A stretch of DNA of 64,000 nt from Acidobacteriota bacterium (lineage in GTDB: Bacteria; Acidobacteriota; UBA6911; RPQK01; JAJDTT01). The notes under the pieces are model-generated. The model saw only the letters and a program-made list of their open reading frames with translations, was not told the origin of the DNA and did no database searches. Of this stretch, positions 18,302-27,812 are shown in pieces; position 1 is the stretch's first letter, and each line of letters starts with the position of its first letter. The translations under genes and the position numbers were made by a program. The stretch spans positions 5,408,001-5,472,000 of the forward strand of contig CBDCJH010000002.1 of assembly GCA_965217775.1 (NCBI GenBank), read 5' to 3'.

Positions 18302-20203
18302 TCAATGCCAGGGAAATCCCAGAGTCGGAGGATTGGCGTAACGGCGCATGCCGATGGTCAGCTCCGCCCCTGCTCCCGGCGCCAGGCTGACGTGAAAGTA
18401 TCGGCCCTTCACCGGCCATTCCTGGTCGCCGATCCGGACTGCCAGGCACTCGTGCTCCCCGTAGGACCCGGTCTGCAGGATCAACTCCCGTCCCTGGACC
18501 GGGTTCAGATTGACCAACACCAGCCGAACGCTGTCCGGCTTCAGTTCCGTCACCAGGGACCCGACGTCGGGAGGAATTCCGGCCCGCCTTCGCTCCGGAT
18601 CGAAGTAGCGGACCCGGGTGTGGGGGATGTAGATCTTGCCGTACACGTGGCCCCCCAGCATGAGCCGTATCAATTCGAAGGAGGTCGCCGGATTCAGCCC
18701 CAGGGGCCAGTCGGCCAGCCGGGTGTCGGGCGTGGTCGGATCGTTGCGTATGCCCTGGATTTTCTCCCGGATGAACGACAACTCCCGGCGCAGCGCTTGC
18801 TCGGGATAGTCCGGGTCCTTGCCCTCCAGGAACGCGATCCAGCCGCTGACGGGAATGTGCTCCAGGTCTTTGCGGTCCATGGACCAGAGGTAGACGTCGG
18901 TGAGCTCGTTCACGTAACGGTGGGAGCTCCAGTTGTACCAACCGGGCTCGCTGGTTTCCCGTTCCTCCCAGTAGAGCTTGCCGTCGATGGTCTTGAAGAT
19001 GGGCGGCTGGGTCTTGGGTCCCTTGACCCCGTAGTTGTTGGGAACCTGAAGCTGGCCGTCCACCATCTTCTTCTGGCTGTAGAGGTTGGCCATCTGACGG
19101 CGCAGGACGTCCACGTACTTCTGGTCCCCCGTGATCATCAGGGCGTTTCCGAATCCCGGCCACATCCCCTTGGTGACAATGTTCCGATGCGCCACCACCT
19201 TGTGCTCGGGCGACCAGGGTGAGAAGTCCCAGCCATAGGTCCCGCCGAACCATTGGCCCCCGGTCTCTCCTCCGATGCTGCCGTCCAGACCGATGTTGGA
19301 GGGGATGTTTCCACCGTTTTTCTCCGTCCGCTCCTTCCAGGCGTCCACGTATTCCACCAGCCATTTCTTGTACTTGTCTTCGTGACCGATGGCGTAGGCG
19401 TTCAGGGCCAACTGGGTCGCGATCAGATTCAAGGGGTGGTCACCGGCGCTGTGCAGGTACTCGGCACAGTGGGCCAACATCTCGGGGTAGGTCTCCTCGG
19501 CGTCCAGCATCTGCTCGCGCCCGCCCGCACTGTGCAGGATGTGGTATCGCCCCTTGAAGGGATCGCCGACCCAGTCGTAGCGGGTCGCCCGCCGCAGCAT
19601 GGGGCCCCGGCTGCCGTTCCAGATGCTGCGGATGACTTTGTGTTCGGGATCGTAGTTGGGCGCATCCGGATCCTCGCCCATGTACATGCCGGCGAAGCGG
19701 CGCATCCGCGCCTGGAAGGTGCGGTCGTCGGGATCCGAGAGTCCCTGGTTCATGAAGCCTTGTATGCCCTCGCCGCTGTGGTGCCAGTCGGACATGGGCA
19801 TGAATTCCCTGTAGTAGGCCCCCTCGGCGGCGATGGTGGTCTTGACGGTCTTCAACTCCTTGTATTGGAGCAGGTGGCCCTCCAGACCCTGCTTGTACCG
19901 TTCCAGCACCAGGTCGGAAGCCCCCAGCATGTGCAGCAGCGTCCAATTGGCATAGCACTCGATGGCGTCGTCGGTGCCGTCCAGGGTCCCCCAGCGCGGC
20001 GTGTGCAGGAGGTAACCGCGATTGTCGTGGTAGGTGTTGTAGAACTCCTCGACGGCCGTGGCATTGGCGTCCAGAAGTTGCCGTTCCAACAGCGCCCAGG
20101 CGGGCGGGGGCATGGGAGTCGAGATCTCGATTCGGGTCCCGGCCTGGGCCTGACCGTACCAGGAGATCCAAAGCAGACAACTGAGAAAACGAACCTTCTT
20201 CAT
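18302..20203 (-). CDS. conserved secreted hypothetical protein (about 633 aa)
   Basis: long ORF with host-like codon usage, signal peptide (AQA), PPAWALLERQLL and RVRYFDPERRRAGIP motifs. Confidence 0.8.
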   Translation of the reverse strand: MKKVRFLSCLLWISWYGQAQAGTRIEISTPMPPPAWALLERQLLDANATAVEEFYNTYHDNRGYLLHTPRWGTLDGTDDAIECYANWTLLHMLGASDLVLERYKQGLEGHLLQYKELKTVKTTIAAEGAYYREFMPMSDWHHSGEGIQGFMNQGLSDPDDRTFQARMRRFAGMYMGEDPDAPNYDPEHKVIRSIWNGSRGPMLRRATRYDWVGDPFKGRYHILHSAGGREQMLDAEETYPEMLAHCAEYLHSAGDHPLNLIATQLALNAYAIGHEDKYKKWLVEYVDAWKERTEKNGGNIPSNIGLDGSIGGETGGQWFGGTYGWDFSPWSPEHKVVAHRNIVTKGMWPGFGNALMITGDQKYVDVLRRQMANLYSQKKMVDGQLQVPNNYGVKGPKTQPPIFKTIDGKLYWEERETSEPGWYNWSSHRYVNELTDVYLWSMDRKDLEHIPVSGWIAFLEGKDPDYPEQALRRELSFIREKIQGIRNDPTTPDTRLADWPLGLNPATSFELIRLMLGGHVYGKIYIPHTRVRYFDPERRRAGIPPDVGSLVTELKPDSVRLVLVNLNPVQGRELILQTGSYGEHECLAVRIGDQEWPVKGRYFHVSLAPGAGAELTIGMRRYANPPTLGFPWH

Positions 20204-20350
20204 GGTGGGGTCCTCCACGCAGGCTTCATTATGATGCCGCGATTGCCGCCGAGATTAAGTCATGGTGAGGTTGGGGGCAACTCTTGTCGGGGGAGAAGCC
20301 CCCCCAATTCAGGCGAAAGTGTCCCCAACAGATAAAAGACGGAGAGTTAA

Positions 20351-20400
20351 AAGATCTGACAAGTGGAATCGTTCGAATTCTCAAAAAATAGGGGAAGTTC
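20351..20400 (+). repeat. diverged direct repeat, left of accessory patch
   Basis: AAGATCTGACAAGTGGAATCGTTCGAATTCTCAAAAAATAGGGGAAGTTC aligns with 23099-23149. Confidence 0.7.
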
Positions 20401-20424
20401 TCTCCTCCCTTGGCATCTCCGTTT

Positions 20425-20481
20425 TTCTTTATTATAATTATTAAAAATTTATAATCCATTTATTCGATATAGGAGGATGAA
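20425..20481 (+). promoter_or_regulatory. AT-rich promoter region with palindrome and Shine-Dalgarno sequence
   Basis: ATTATAA...TTATAAT inverted repeat containing TATAAT boxes; AGGAGG before ATG 20482. Confidence 0.55.
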
Positions 20482-21432
20482 ATGAAGACGCTCCGTGTGG
20501 ACGACTCAACTTACAAGAGATTGGGAAATCATGCTCAACCATTCGAAACGGAAGATGAGGTCATCAACCGCGCTCTGGATGCGCTCGATCAACAGGCGGT
20601 CAGTCCTGCCTCGAGTACCGTCTCTGGGACGGATTCGGAAAGGCGGATCGATCCGCTGCGCCTTCCTGACATGATGTTCACCAAGGTGTTAGACGCGACA
20701 ATTCAGGGGAAGAGGGTCACACGGCCAAACTGGAACCGACTGCTGCTGAAGATGGTCAGGTTGGCCCATGCGCACACGAGGAATTTCGAAGAACTCACCC
20801 GCCTATTCCCAACGATCAATCTGGTTCGCGGGCAGAAGGTCGACCAGGGCTACCGCTACCTGTCCGACATCGGCGTATCAGTGCAGGGGCAGCCTGCCAA
20901 CTCAGCCTGTACATCGGTAGTGATGACTGCACAACAACTCGGTATTGCTCTGGACATCGGGTATATGTGGCGGGATAAGGAAGATGCTGCACACCCTGGA
21001 GACCGCGCCCGCATCCAGACGACCGGCTCCACATCTCAGGACAGTCGCCTAGAGGACAGAACGGAAGAGCTGCAGGAGCCGAGGAAGGAGATTTTGTTCC
21101 TGCAGGGACCACGCGACAGCGGTATAACTGCACGCGGTTACAGAGATGGGAGAAATTTCATCGTACTGTCTGGTTCAATAGTGGCCAAGAAAGAGGCTCG
21201 TTCTATTCGGAATACCACTTCTAATTATCGGAAAGAGCTGCTGAAACAGGGACTTTTTGAAGATGATGGCCCCAGATACCGACTCGTCCAAAACCATCGC
21301 TTCAACTCACCCTCCGCAGCATCTAGCACCCTATTGGGAAGAGAAAGCAATGGTCGTACCGAATGGAAGGATACGACCGGGAGACCCTTGAAGGAAATCC
21401 AGGAGGACATTTGGAGGTCGGCAGCGAGGTAA
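20482..21432 (+). CDS. putative DNA-binding fusion: ribbon-helix-helix-like N-terminus, middle domain of unknown function, C-terminal DUF4357
   Basis: MKTLRVDDSTYKRL..AQPFETEDEVINRALD; C-terminal FIVLSGS...FNSPSAASSTLLGRESNGRTEWK. Confidence 0.8.
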   Translation: MKTLRVDDSTYKRLGNHAQPFETEDEVINRALDALDQQAVSPASSTVSGTDSERRIDPLRLPDMMFTKVLDATIQGKRVTRPNWNRLLLKMVRLAHAHTRNFEELTRLFPTINLVRGQKVDQGYRYLSDIGVSVQGQPANSACTSVVMTAQQLGIALDIGYMWRDKEDAAHPGDRARIQTTGSTSQDSRLEDRTEELQEPRKEILFLQGPRDSGITARGYRDGRNFIVLSGSIVAKKEARSIRNTTSNYRKELLKQGLFEDDGPRYRLVQNHRFNSPSAASSTLLGRESNGRTEWKDTTGRPLKEIQEDIWRSAAR

Positions 21433-21448
21433 GAGAACTCGGATTACC

Positions 21449-21687
21449 GTGGATACACTCTCCATCGCCAGTCAACTGGTTGCGGCTGGATTTGATCAAC
21501 AGCAAGTGGAGGCCCTGGAAGATGTCTTCCGGGAGGCCAACCGAATTTTGTCACTAGGGAAGACCTCGAGCGTGCGGTCGCGCCGCTACCCACCCGCGCC
21601 AGCCTCTACCGTGTTCTCTGGCTCCAGACTGGAGGTGTCGTGGCCGCCGTTGCAGGACTCCTTGCCATCGTGTCTCGATTCCCATAG
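21449..21687 (+). pseudogene. frameshifted DUF1640-like small membrane protein
   Basis: DTLSIASQLVAAGFDQQQVEAL continues in another frame as FVTREDL...LYRVLWLQTGGVVAAVAGLLAIV-stop; span 239 nt is not a multiple of 3. Confidence 0.72.
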
Positions 21688-21830
21688 CGCTCCAGTTTAT
21701 CGAGGTTTAGTTTCGAAACCGAAAATACCATGATCTTTGAGCGGACCTGTGCGGGATGCCGAAACTTGCATGGCCTGCTCGATCAAGAAGGGAGAGCGTA
21801 ATCTTGAAACCTCAACATGGTGACCCGAGA

Positions 21831-22721
21831 ATGCTGACATTCTCCCAAGCGCAGGGCTACGAGGAGATACCGCAGCGGCTGAGGTTGGAGGAATTGTCCA
21901 AATTGGCCAGGACCAAAATCTGGGATGTCCTTTTCGCTAGTCTCTCATCAGACGCCGTGGATCAAATAAGCGACGAGGGAGAGTTTTGGGAACTCGACGT
22001 GGTCGAGCGAATGTATGTGGGACTTCAACAATGGGATCAAATCCTTCGTGACAAACATCTGGCCTTGGACAACCTGCCACTAGATGAGTGGAGTGAGCCA
22101 TTGTTGTTTTCCCACGCCCGGGACGAACTTCGACAACTCGTAATGGCAGGACCGTTCCACAAGATTTTCGACCTTATCCAGTTTGTCCTGCGCCACCCTA
22201 ATTGTCCGGGAGACTTGGTCAATGACCTGAAAAAGGCCTTCGAGAAGGGAATGCTGGCCTACGTAATCGACGACAACGGGCCTCCGACCATATTCCCGGC
22301 GTGTACGGTAGAAGAGGGACAGTCCCTGACCGAGTGTCTGCACACGTTGCAGCAAGCGGGCCTCAGCACCGCTGAGGATCTCTTTCGCGAAGCATCAAGG
22401 GCCATCAGTCGGAACAATTGGACTGGCAGCATCAACAGCAGCATCAGTGCCGTCGAGTCCGTCGCACGAAGACTCTATCCTCAAGCCAACACGCTCGGGG
22501 ATGCATTGAAGGAGCTCAGGAAGAACAACTCGTTGTGGCCGCCGCAGCTCGTGCAAGCGATACAGAAGATCTGGAACTATACGAATCAGAAAAACGCTGG
22601 CATTCGCCATGGATCTCCGGAGTTAAGTGGTAACAACGTTGGACAGGATGAGGCTCTGTTCATGCTGGGTGCCTGTGCGTCAGTTGCAAGCTATCTGTGG
22701 CGAAAGCACTCGGGGGCGTAA
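21831..22721 (+). CDS. AbiJ-like protein (NTD4-type N-terminus, HEPN-like C-terminus), putative abortive-infection protein
   Basis: TFSQAQGYEEIP..LRLEELS..RTKIW; SISAVESVAR, TLGDALK, GIRHG, EALFMLGACAS..SYL. Confidence 0.78.
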   Translation: MLTFSQAQGYEEIPQRLRLEELSKLARTKIWDVLFASLSSDAVDQISDEGEFWELDVVERMYVGLQQWDQILRDKHLALDNLPLDEWSEPLLFSHARDELRQLVMAGPFHKIFDLIQFVLRHPNCPGDLVNDLKKAFEKGMLAYVIDDNGPPTIFPACTVEEGQSLTECLHTLQQAGLSTAEDLFREASRAISRNNWTGSINSSISAVESVARRLYPQANTLGDALKELRKNNSLWPPQLVQAIQKIWNYTNQKNAGIRHGSPELSGNNVGQDEALFMLGACASVASYLWRKHSGA

Positions 22722-23098
22722 TCTGCTACCTTCCAAAACCCTGTTTTGTCCAAGGCTTCGTCCGTCTGCACCCCCGGTGGAAATCCTCAGCCGGGTCCAG
22801 CGAGCTTTCCCATCCAGACGACCTCCCCACATGTTCAGCCGTCTGCAGAATTGCGATTTTCCGTATTTCACGAATAGGTCATTCAACTCGGTAATGAGCA
22901 AGTTCTGAGTCGTCGTCTACCCTGCAAGAAGACGCGGCTCCCGCCACTTCGCTACGCGGAGGTGCTGGCCGGGTCCGGTTGAGTGGTGCCTCCTGGATAT
23001 CAACGGCGCGATTCTCCATCGCTTCAGCCCTCCTTCGTACAGGAGCGCCCCCCGAATCTGATGAAATTTCCGCAAGGTGTGGCAAAAATGAGCGATAG

Positions 23099-23149
23099 AA
23101 GATCAGACAAGTGGACTCGGTAGAGTTCTCCAAAAAATGGGGATTTTCT
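23099..23149 (+). repeat. diverged direct repeat, right of accessory patch
   Basis: AAGATCAGACAAGTGGACTCGGTAGAGTTCTCCAAAAAATGGGGATTTTCT aligns with 20351-20400. Confidence 0.7.
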
Positions 23150-23303
23150 GCGGGTGAATGCCGTGACGGCATTTGACTTGGACTGTTAGACTCCCCCTTC
23201 AACAGATCGATGCCAACCGGCGGTTCCGGGCGAAACGCCCATCGCCGCTTGGCGCTGGCCGGGTTCGCGAGGTGGGTATTGTCACCGTCGTTTGGGAGGC
23301 GCC

Positions 23304-26075
23304 ATGCCCCTGATCCTATTGTTCGGTTTGATTCTGGTTCTCACGGGCTCGCCGCTTTGGGGAGCCGATAAAGACCCCGCCGCCATCGTCGATTCCTTGG
23401 CCAATCTTCGGTTTGATGAGCTGGGACACCCCCAGATTCAAACCGACTCGATTCGTCCGGTTCGCAGCAGTCCCGAACGGCCTCACCGGCTGCTCATCAT
23501 CCCCGTCCAGTTCTCCGACCTCCGCTTCGAGCGCTTCCGGGGAGAGCCGGATGCCGAGCAGAAGAACCGCCGTTACCTGCAGGAGCTGCTCTTTTCGGAG
23601 AATCTCCGGCAGCCCCGCCGGAAGACCCTGACCCACTACTATTATCACCAGTCTCGGGGGAGGTTTTACGTGACCGGGACGGTCTTCTCTCTGGTCACCG
23701 TGGACAAACCTCTGTCTCACTACGGTCGTCCCTCCCGCCAGTCGGACGGGGAATGGCGCAACGACAACTCGCCCGAGAGTCTGGTGGAGGACGCCTTCCG
23801 CGCCGCCTATGCGGCTCGACCCGATTTCCCCTGGGGGGACTTCGACGTCTGGGACCCGACCGATTACGACGGCGACGGGATCTCGGAGGAACCGGACGGC
23901 TACATCGATCACTTCGTCCTGGTCTATGCCGGGAAGGGCCAGTCCTCGTGCCAGGGCCTCTACAAGCTCTCGGAGAAGTTCACCGCCAACGCGCCCGCCG
24001 ACCTCGTGGACAAGCTCAGTCCCAGAGAACGGGAGTGCGCCGACCGGATCTGGCCCCACCGTTACGCCCTGAGCAAGAACCTGGGCCGGGGTCCGGTGCT
24101 GGAGGGCATCACCAACGATCGGGGCGGGATTCCGGTTCGCGAGGGACTCTGGGTCTACGACTACAACATGCAGTCCGAGTACACCTCCGTCTCCACCTTC
24201 ATCCACGAATTCGGCCATTCCCTGGGATTGCCGGACATCTACGCTCGCCGGACCAACAACTCCACCGCGGCCTGGGACGCCATGAGCAGCACGGCGGGAA
24301 GGTTCCCGCAGGAGCTGAGCGCGTGGTCCCGGATGATGCTGGGTTGGCTGGAGCCCTGCATGCTTCGACCCCCGGAATTCGGGGGATCCGGGAGCCGCTC
24401 GGTTCACCTCAAGACCATGAACGACTGGTCCGGTAAACCCGGCGGGAGTCGGGCCCAGGGAATCTGCGACGCTGTCATGGTGATCCTGCCGCCCAAGGTC
24501 CGGGCCTTGGACCTGGGGCCTCTGACCTCCCGCCAACAGCGGCAGGCCGTCTACACGGGGCAGGGAAACGAGATGAATCGATTCCTCTCCCGGACGTTCG
24601 ACCTGACCGACGTCCGGGAAAAGCCCATCCTGGAGTTCGACCTCTGGTTCGAGATCGAAGGAGACTACGACTATCTCTACCTGGAGGCTTCGACCGACGG
24701 GTTGAACTACCAGCGCCTTCTGCCCACGGACAAGGATTCGGCAAAAGACTCCCAGAGCATCATGCCCTCCCGCAAGGGTCATGACGGCGACGGCACCCTC
24801 CCCGGCTTCACGGGGCGAAGCGGCGATCTGGACGCCGACGGCAAGGTGGAATCGGCACCAGGGTGCGATCCGTCTCGTCCCAAACAGTTGGCCGAGGACC
24901 GGGTGGGCGGAGAGAAAGATCCGTGTGAGATCGGGCAATGGATTCGTGCCCGCTTCGACTTGTCGGCCTACCGGGGCAAGAAGGTGGAGATCCGTTTCTA
25001 CTACTTCACCGACATGGCCGCCGTGGAGGCGGGAGCCATCATCGACAACGTCAAGCTCAAGGCCCTGGGGTTCTCCGAGGATTTTGAAGGTTCCGAGCTG
25101 ACCGGGTGGGAGGTGGAAGGGTTCAGTCTATCGGGAGGCGTCCACCGGCTCCCGGTCCCCCACTTCTACGTGCTGGAGTACCGGGACCCGTGGCAGGACT
25201 TCGAGACGGCCTTCAACTACGACAGCACGCTGCGCCGCGAGTCGCAGGTCTTCTATCGGGACCCGGAAAGGGGCGAATTTCGGGCCTTCGATGTCCGCTA
25301 CCGGCCGGGCGTGGTGCTCTGGTACGCCAACGGGTCTTTCCTCTGGAGCCAGAACGAACCCTCCATGCAGGGTCCGGGCCAGGGTTTTCTGTTGGTGGTG
25401 GACTCCAACCCTCAGGAGTTTCGATATCCGGCCGTGCCGGGGCAGTATTTCAAGCGCGAGCAGGACCGAAGCTACTATGAGTTCGACGAAAAGGCCCAGG
25501 AATGGCTCCGCCGGAACTATCTGGACCTGCTCTGTTTCCAGCGTCGACCGGAATACTTCCCCCCCGACCTGCCGGAGCGAGACCGGGCGGCATGCCGCCC
25601 GGGGGAGGACGGACCGCCTCTGGAACGTCTCCGGTTTCAGGACAAGAAGCTGATCTATGGATACACGCTCTACAATGAGTTGTTGCCGGGACCGGACCGG
25701 GAGCCCTACCGCGGAACCACCAACCTGGTCGACATTCGTCTACGAAAGAACCGTCTGACATATCGTCTCTACGATCGGCTGTTGCGCTCTTTTCACTCGG
25801 CGGACGCGCCATTCGCCCTGGAGCCGTTCCGGCAGGGGATCGTCCTCTATCGACAGGACCAGGGGCAGATGGTCCGGTTCGACGGCGTCGACTTTCCGGC
25901 CCTCCACGAGTTCAGCGACTCCGATCCGGCGCGCTACCTCAACCCGCACCTACCCTTCGGCAGCGCCCGGGTCCCCACCTCCGGATTGGGTTTTCGCCTG
26001 GTGCGGCCCGGCCCCGACGCTCCTGACGGGGCGAAAGTGAAGGTGGAGTTGAACTGGAGCCGTTCCGGCGAATAG
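23304..26075 (+). CDS. M6-family (immune inhibitor A-like) secreted metalloprotease
   Basis: signal peptide, EPDGYIDHFVLVYAG, IWPH, HEFGHSLGLPDIY, LGWL, WFEIEGDYDYLY. Confidence 0.92.
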   Translation: MPLILLFGLILVLTGSPLWGADKDPAAIVDSLANLRFDELGHPQIQTDSIRPVRSSPERPHRLLIIPVQFSDLRFERFRGEPDAEQKNRRYLQELLFSENLRQPRRKTLTHYYYHQSRGRFYVTGTVFSLVTVDKPLSHYGRPSRQSDGEWRNDNSPESLVEDAFRAAYAARPDFPWGDFDVWDPTDYDGDGISEEPDGYIDHFVLVYAGKGQSSCQGLYKLSEKFTANAPADLVDKLSPRERECADRIWPHRYALSKNLGRGPVLEGITNDRGGIPVREGLWVYDYNMQSEYTSVSTFIHEFGHSLGLPDIYARRTNNSTAAWDAMSSTAGRFPQELSAWSRMMLGWLEPCMLRPPEFGGSGSRSVHLKTMNDWSGKPGGSRAQGICDAVMVILPPKVRALDLGPLTSRQQRQAVYTGQGNEMNRFLSRTFDLTDVREKPILEFDLWFEIEGDYDYLYLEASTDGLNYQRLLPTDKDSAKDSQSIMPSRKGHDGDGTLPGFTGRSGDLDADGKVESAPGCDPSRPKQLAEDRVGGEKDPCEIGQWIRARFDLSAYRGKKVEIRFYYFTDMAAVEAGAIIDNVKLKALGFSEDFEGSELTGWEVEGFSLSGGVHRLPVPHFYVLEYRDPWQDFETAFNYDSTLRRESQVFYRDPERGEFRAFDVRYRPGVVLWYANGSFLWSQNEPSMQGPGQGFLLVVDSNPQEFRYPAVPGQYFKREQDRSYYEFDEKAQEWLRRNYLDLLCFQRRPEYFPPDLPERDRAACRPGEDGPPLERLRFQDKKLIYGYTLYNELLPGPDREPYRGTTNLVDIRLRKNRLTYRLYDRLLRSFHSADAPFALEPFRQGIVLYRQDQGQMVRFDGVDFPALHEFSDSDPARYLNPHLPFGSARVPTSGLGFRLVRPGPDAPDGAKVKVELNWSRSGE

Positions 26076-26087
26076 CCGTCCGGTTCT

Positions 26088-26163
26088 CCGCTTCAGTCGG
26101 CGCAGGGAATGAGCAGTTTCTGACCGGGGCGGATCACGGTGCTGCTCAGACCGTTGTAGAGCA
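26088..26163 (-). repeat. orphan copy of the last 76 bp of the LysM transglycosylase gene (att-like)
   Basis: matches 28857-28932 with 4 mismatches. Confidence 0.92.
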
Positions 26164-26169
26164 GGGGTC

Positions 26170-26436
26170 GAATCAAAGGGACGCTGGATGGGCTCCACAG
26201 GACGGAGGCGCGGGTGCGGTCGCACCCGTTCCTGTGCCTTTTGTTCTACTACGTGGAGTGGCATCTGCGGCGAGCCCCGGCTTCGTCGCGTATCGATGAC
26301 GAGGACATGGACGCGCACCGGACGCGACGGGCGATGGAGTTGGTCCAAGCGTTCCCAGTGCAGACGAAGGCGGGTGATTGACGTACCCTTTTAGAATCAA
26401 CGGGTTGTCTTGTCTCTCTGCCTAGGACTTCGGCCT
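26170..26436 (+). mobile_element. IS1634-family transposase 3' remnant with probable right end
   Basis: translates HRTEARVRSHPFLCLLFYYVEWHLRRA...DDED; ends GGACTTCGG. Confidence 0.72.
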
Positions 26437-26721
26437 GCCTCTCACCGTGGAAGGATCTCCAACATTACAACCTTGCGATAGGAGACTACGAGAAGAATCA
26501 ATCCTGGGAGACGAGTCTGTTGCCCCTGAAAGAGCCACGTCGATGCCCGTCGTCGACGGTGCTGATCGCATCGCGACCACGGCCAAAGTTAACGGAAGTC
26601 CCGATTATCGGACCCTAGTGCTGGGTCGGGACTCCGCCGACATCGGTATCTCCAGTTATGGAACATTTGGACTGTGCGTCGATGCTTTGGAGCGCGAGGT
26701 CCGGGAACCCGACCGACGGCA

Positions 26722-27048
26722 TCACCGGTTGCGGAACATCTGGACTGCGCCTGCTATTCCAGCAGCGGCAGGTAATGCCGAAGCCAACGATGTGGGTATC
26801 GCCGTGAGAATGGCGACGAGGATTCCTTTTCCGGCTGCGAGGCCAAGGTCGTCCTGTGGTGATCCTCGGTGCTGTATGAGAATGACGGCGATGCCAAGAG
26901 CGACACCGATTGGGACCGATGCAATCCAACTGGTCCCAAGAGTTGCGACTGTGCCACCGAAGAGCATGTTATCAACTACCACTACTCCAGTTGCTGCCGC
27001 CGGGTGGATCCCGATGACACCCGATGTTCTTCCCCCACCAGTGCTCAT
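26722..27048 (-). CDS. small hydrophobic membrane protein
   Basis: 108 aa with Gly/Ala-rich hydrophobic segments (VDNMLFGG, ILTAIPT). Confidence 0.7.
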   Translation of the reverse strand: MSTGGGRTSGVIGIHPAAATGVVVVDNMLFGGTVATLGTSWIASVPIGVALGIAVILIQHRGSPQDDLGLAAGKGILVAILTAIPTSLASALPAAAGIAGAVQMFRNR

Positions 27049-27123
27049 GGATCTCGATTTAAATAGAAGAATTACGCGCGGCCCTCGCGAAGCGAGTTTC
27101 TGCGGACCTTGGGGATGGCCGAC

Positions 27124-27312
27124 TCATGCGCTACGGACTCTCCCTGGACGGAGTCGCTTCGGCGGTTGGCGGACGTATTTTCGCCTAGAAGTTGTCTGTC
27201 TCGCCTGGATGTCCTTGAAGATGGCATCGACATCGTAATCGAACTGGGCAGCGTGATTGTCTCGTGCGGCTCTGACTTCAGCGATGATCGGGTCAGTCTG
27301 CGGCGTCTGCAT
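27124..27312 (-). CDS. small partner protein downstream of PIN gene (putative antitoxin)
   Basis: DPIIAEVRAARDNHAAQFDYDVDAIFKDI, typical of short ORFs following this PIN subfamily; overlaps PIN 3' end. Confidence 0.75.
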   Translation of the reverse strand: MQTPQTDPIIAEVRAARDNHAAQFDYDVDAIFKDIQARQTTSRRKYVRQPPKRLRPGRVRSA

Positions 27313-27787
27313 GGTCAGGCTCCATTAGTTCGTTGGGCGTGCATATAATCGGAGGCTCATATCCTGCCTGCCGGCAAACATGTTCAATCCTGGCTCGCAA
27401 GGCGGCGTTGGCGATGTGCCGGAAGTTCCACGTTACCAGATAATCGACGCCATTCGTAACCGCCGTGGCAATGTGGGCAGCATCTTCGGCAGCCTTGCGC
27501 GGCATCGCTCCCAGATTGAGAAACTTCCTTGTGAGCTCCGCTGCATCATCGGTTGCCTCAAGAAGCGTCACCGCTTCGAGTTCCGCCAAACGGGCGCGAG
27601 CGGCATCTGCATCACCAGCGGCCGCTTCTCGAATGACAAGCTCCGACGCAACGAGTTCGAATCTGGTTCGAGCTGTCCGCCACCACTCACGGGTCACTTG
27701 CTGATACGCTGCGACCACGATGTCTCGGGAAGGCAGAGCCGTCAGATAGCTGACTACAGAGGTTTCGATGTATACGGTGGGGAGCAT
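27293..27787 (-). CDS. PIN-domain (VapC-like) nuclease
   Basis: VYIETSVVSYL, EDAAHIATA, DYLVTWNFRHIAN, ICTPNEL. Confidence 0.92.
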   Translation of the reverse strand: MLPTVYIETSVVSYLTALPSRDIVVAAYQQVTREWWRTARTRFELVASELVIREAAAGDADAARARLAELEAVTLLEATDDAAELTRKFLNLGAMPRKAAEDAAHIATAVTNGVDYLVTWNFRHIANAALRARIEHVCRQAGYEPPIICTPNELMEPDHADAAD

Positions 27788-27812
27788 CGTTGGTCCGTTA
27801 CCGAGCAGGTGA

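Noticed and set aside
20282-20294. 13-bp match TCTTGTCGGGGGA to 38365-38377 (inverted)
   Set aside because: Too short to support alone; may be a fragment of another REP family
22722-23098. Short ORFs in the AT-richer spacer after the AbiJ-like gene
   Set aside because: No recognisable motifs or ribosome-binding sites; probably decayed sequence
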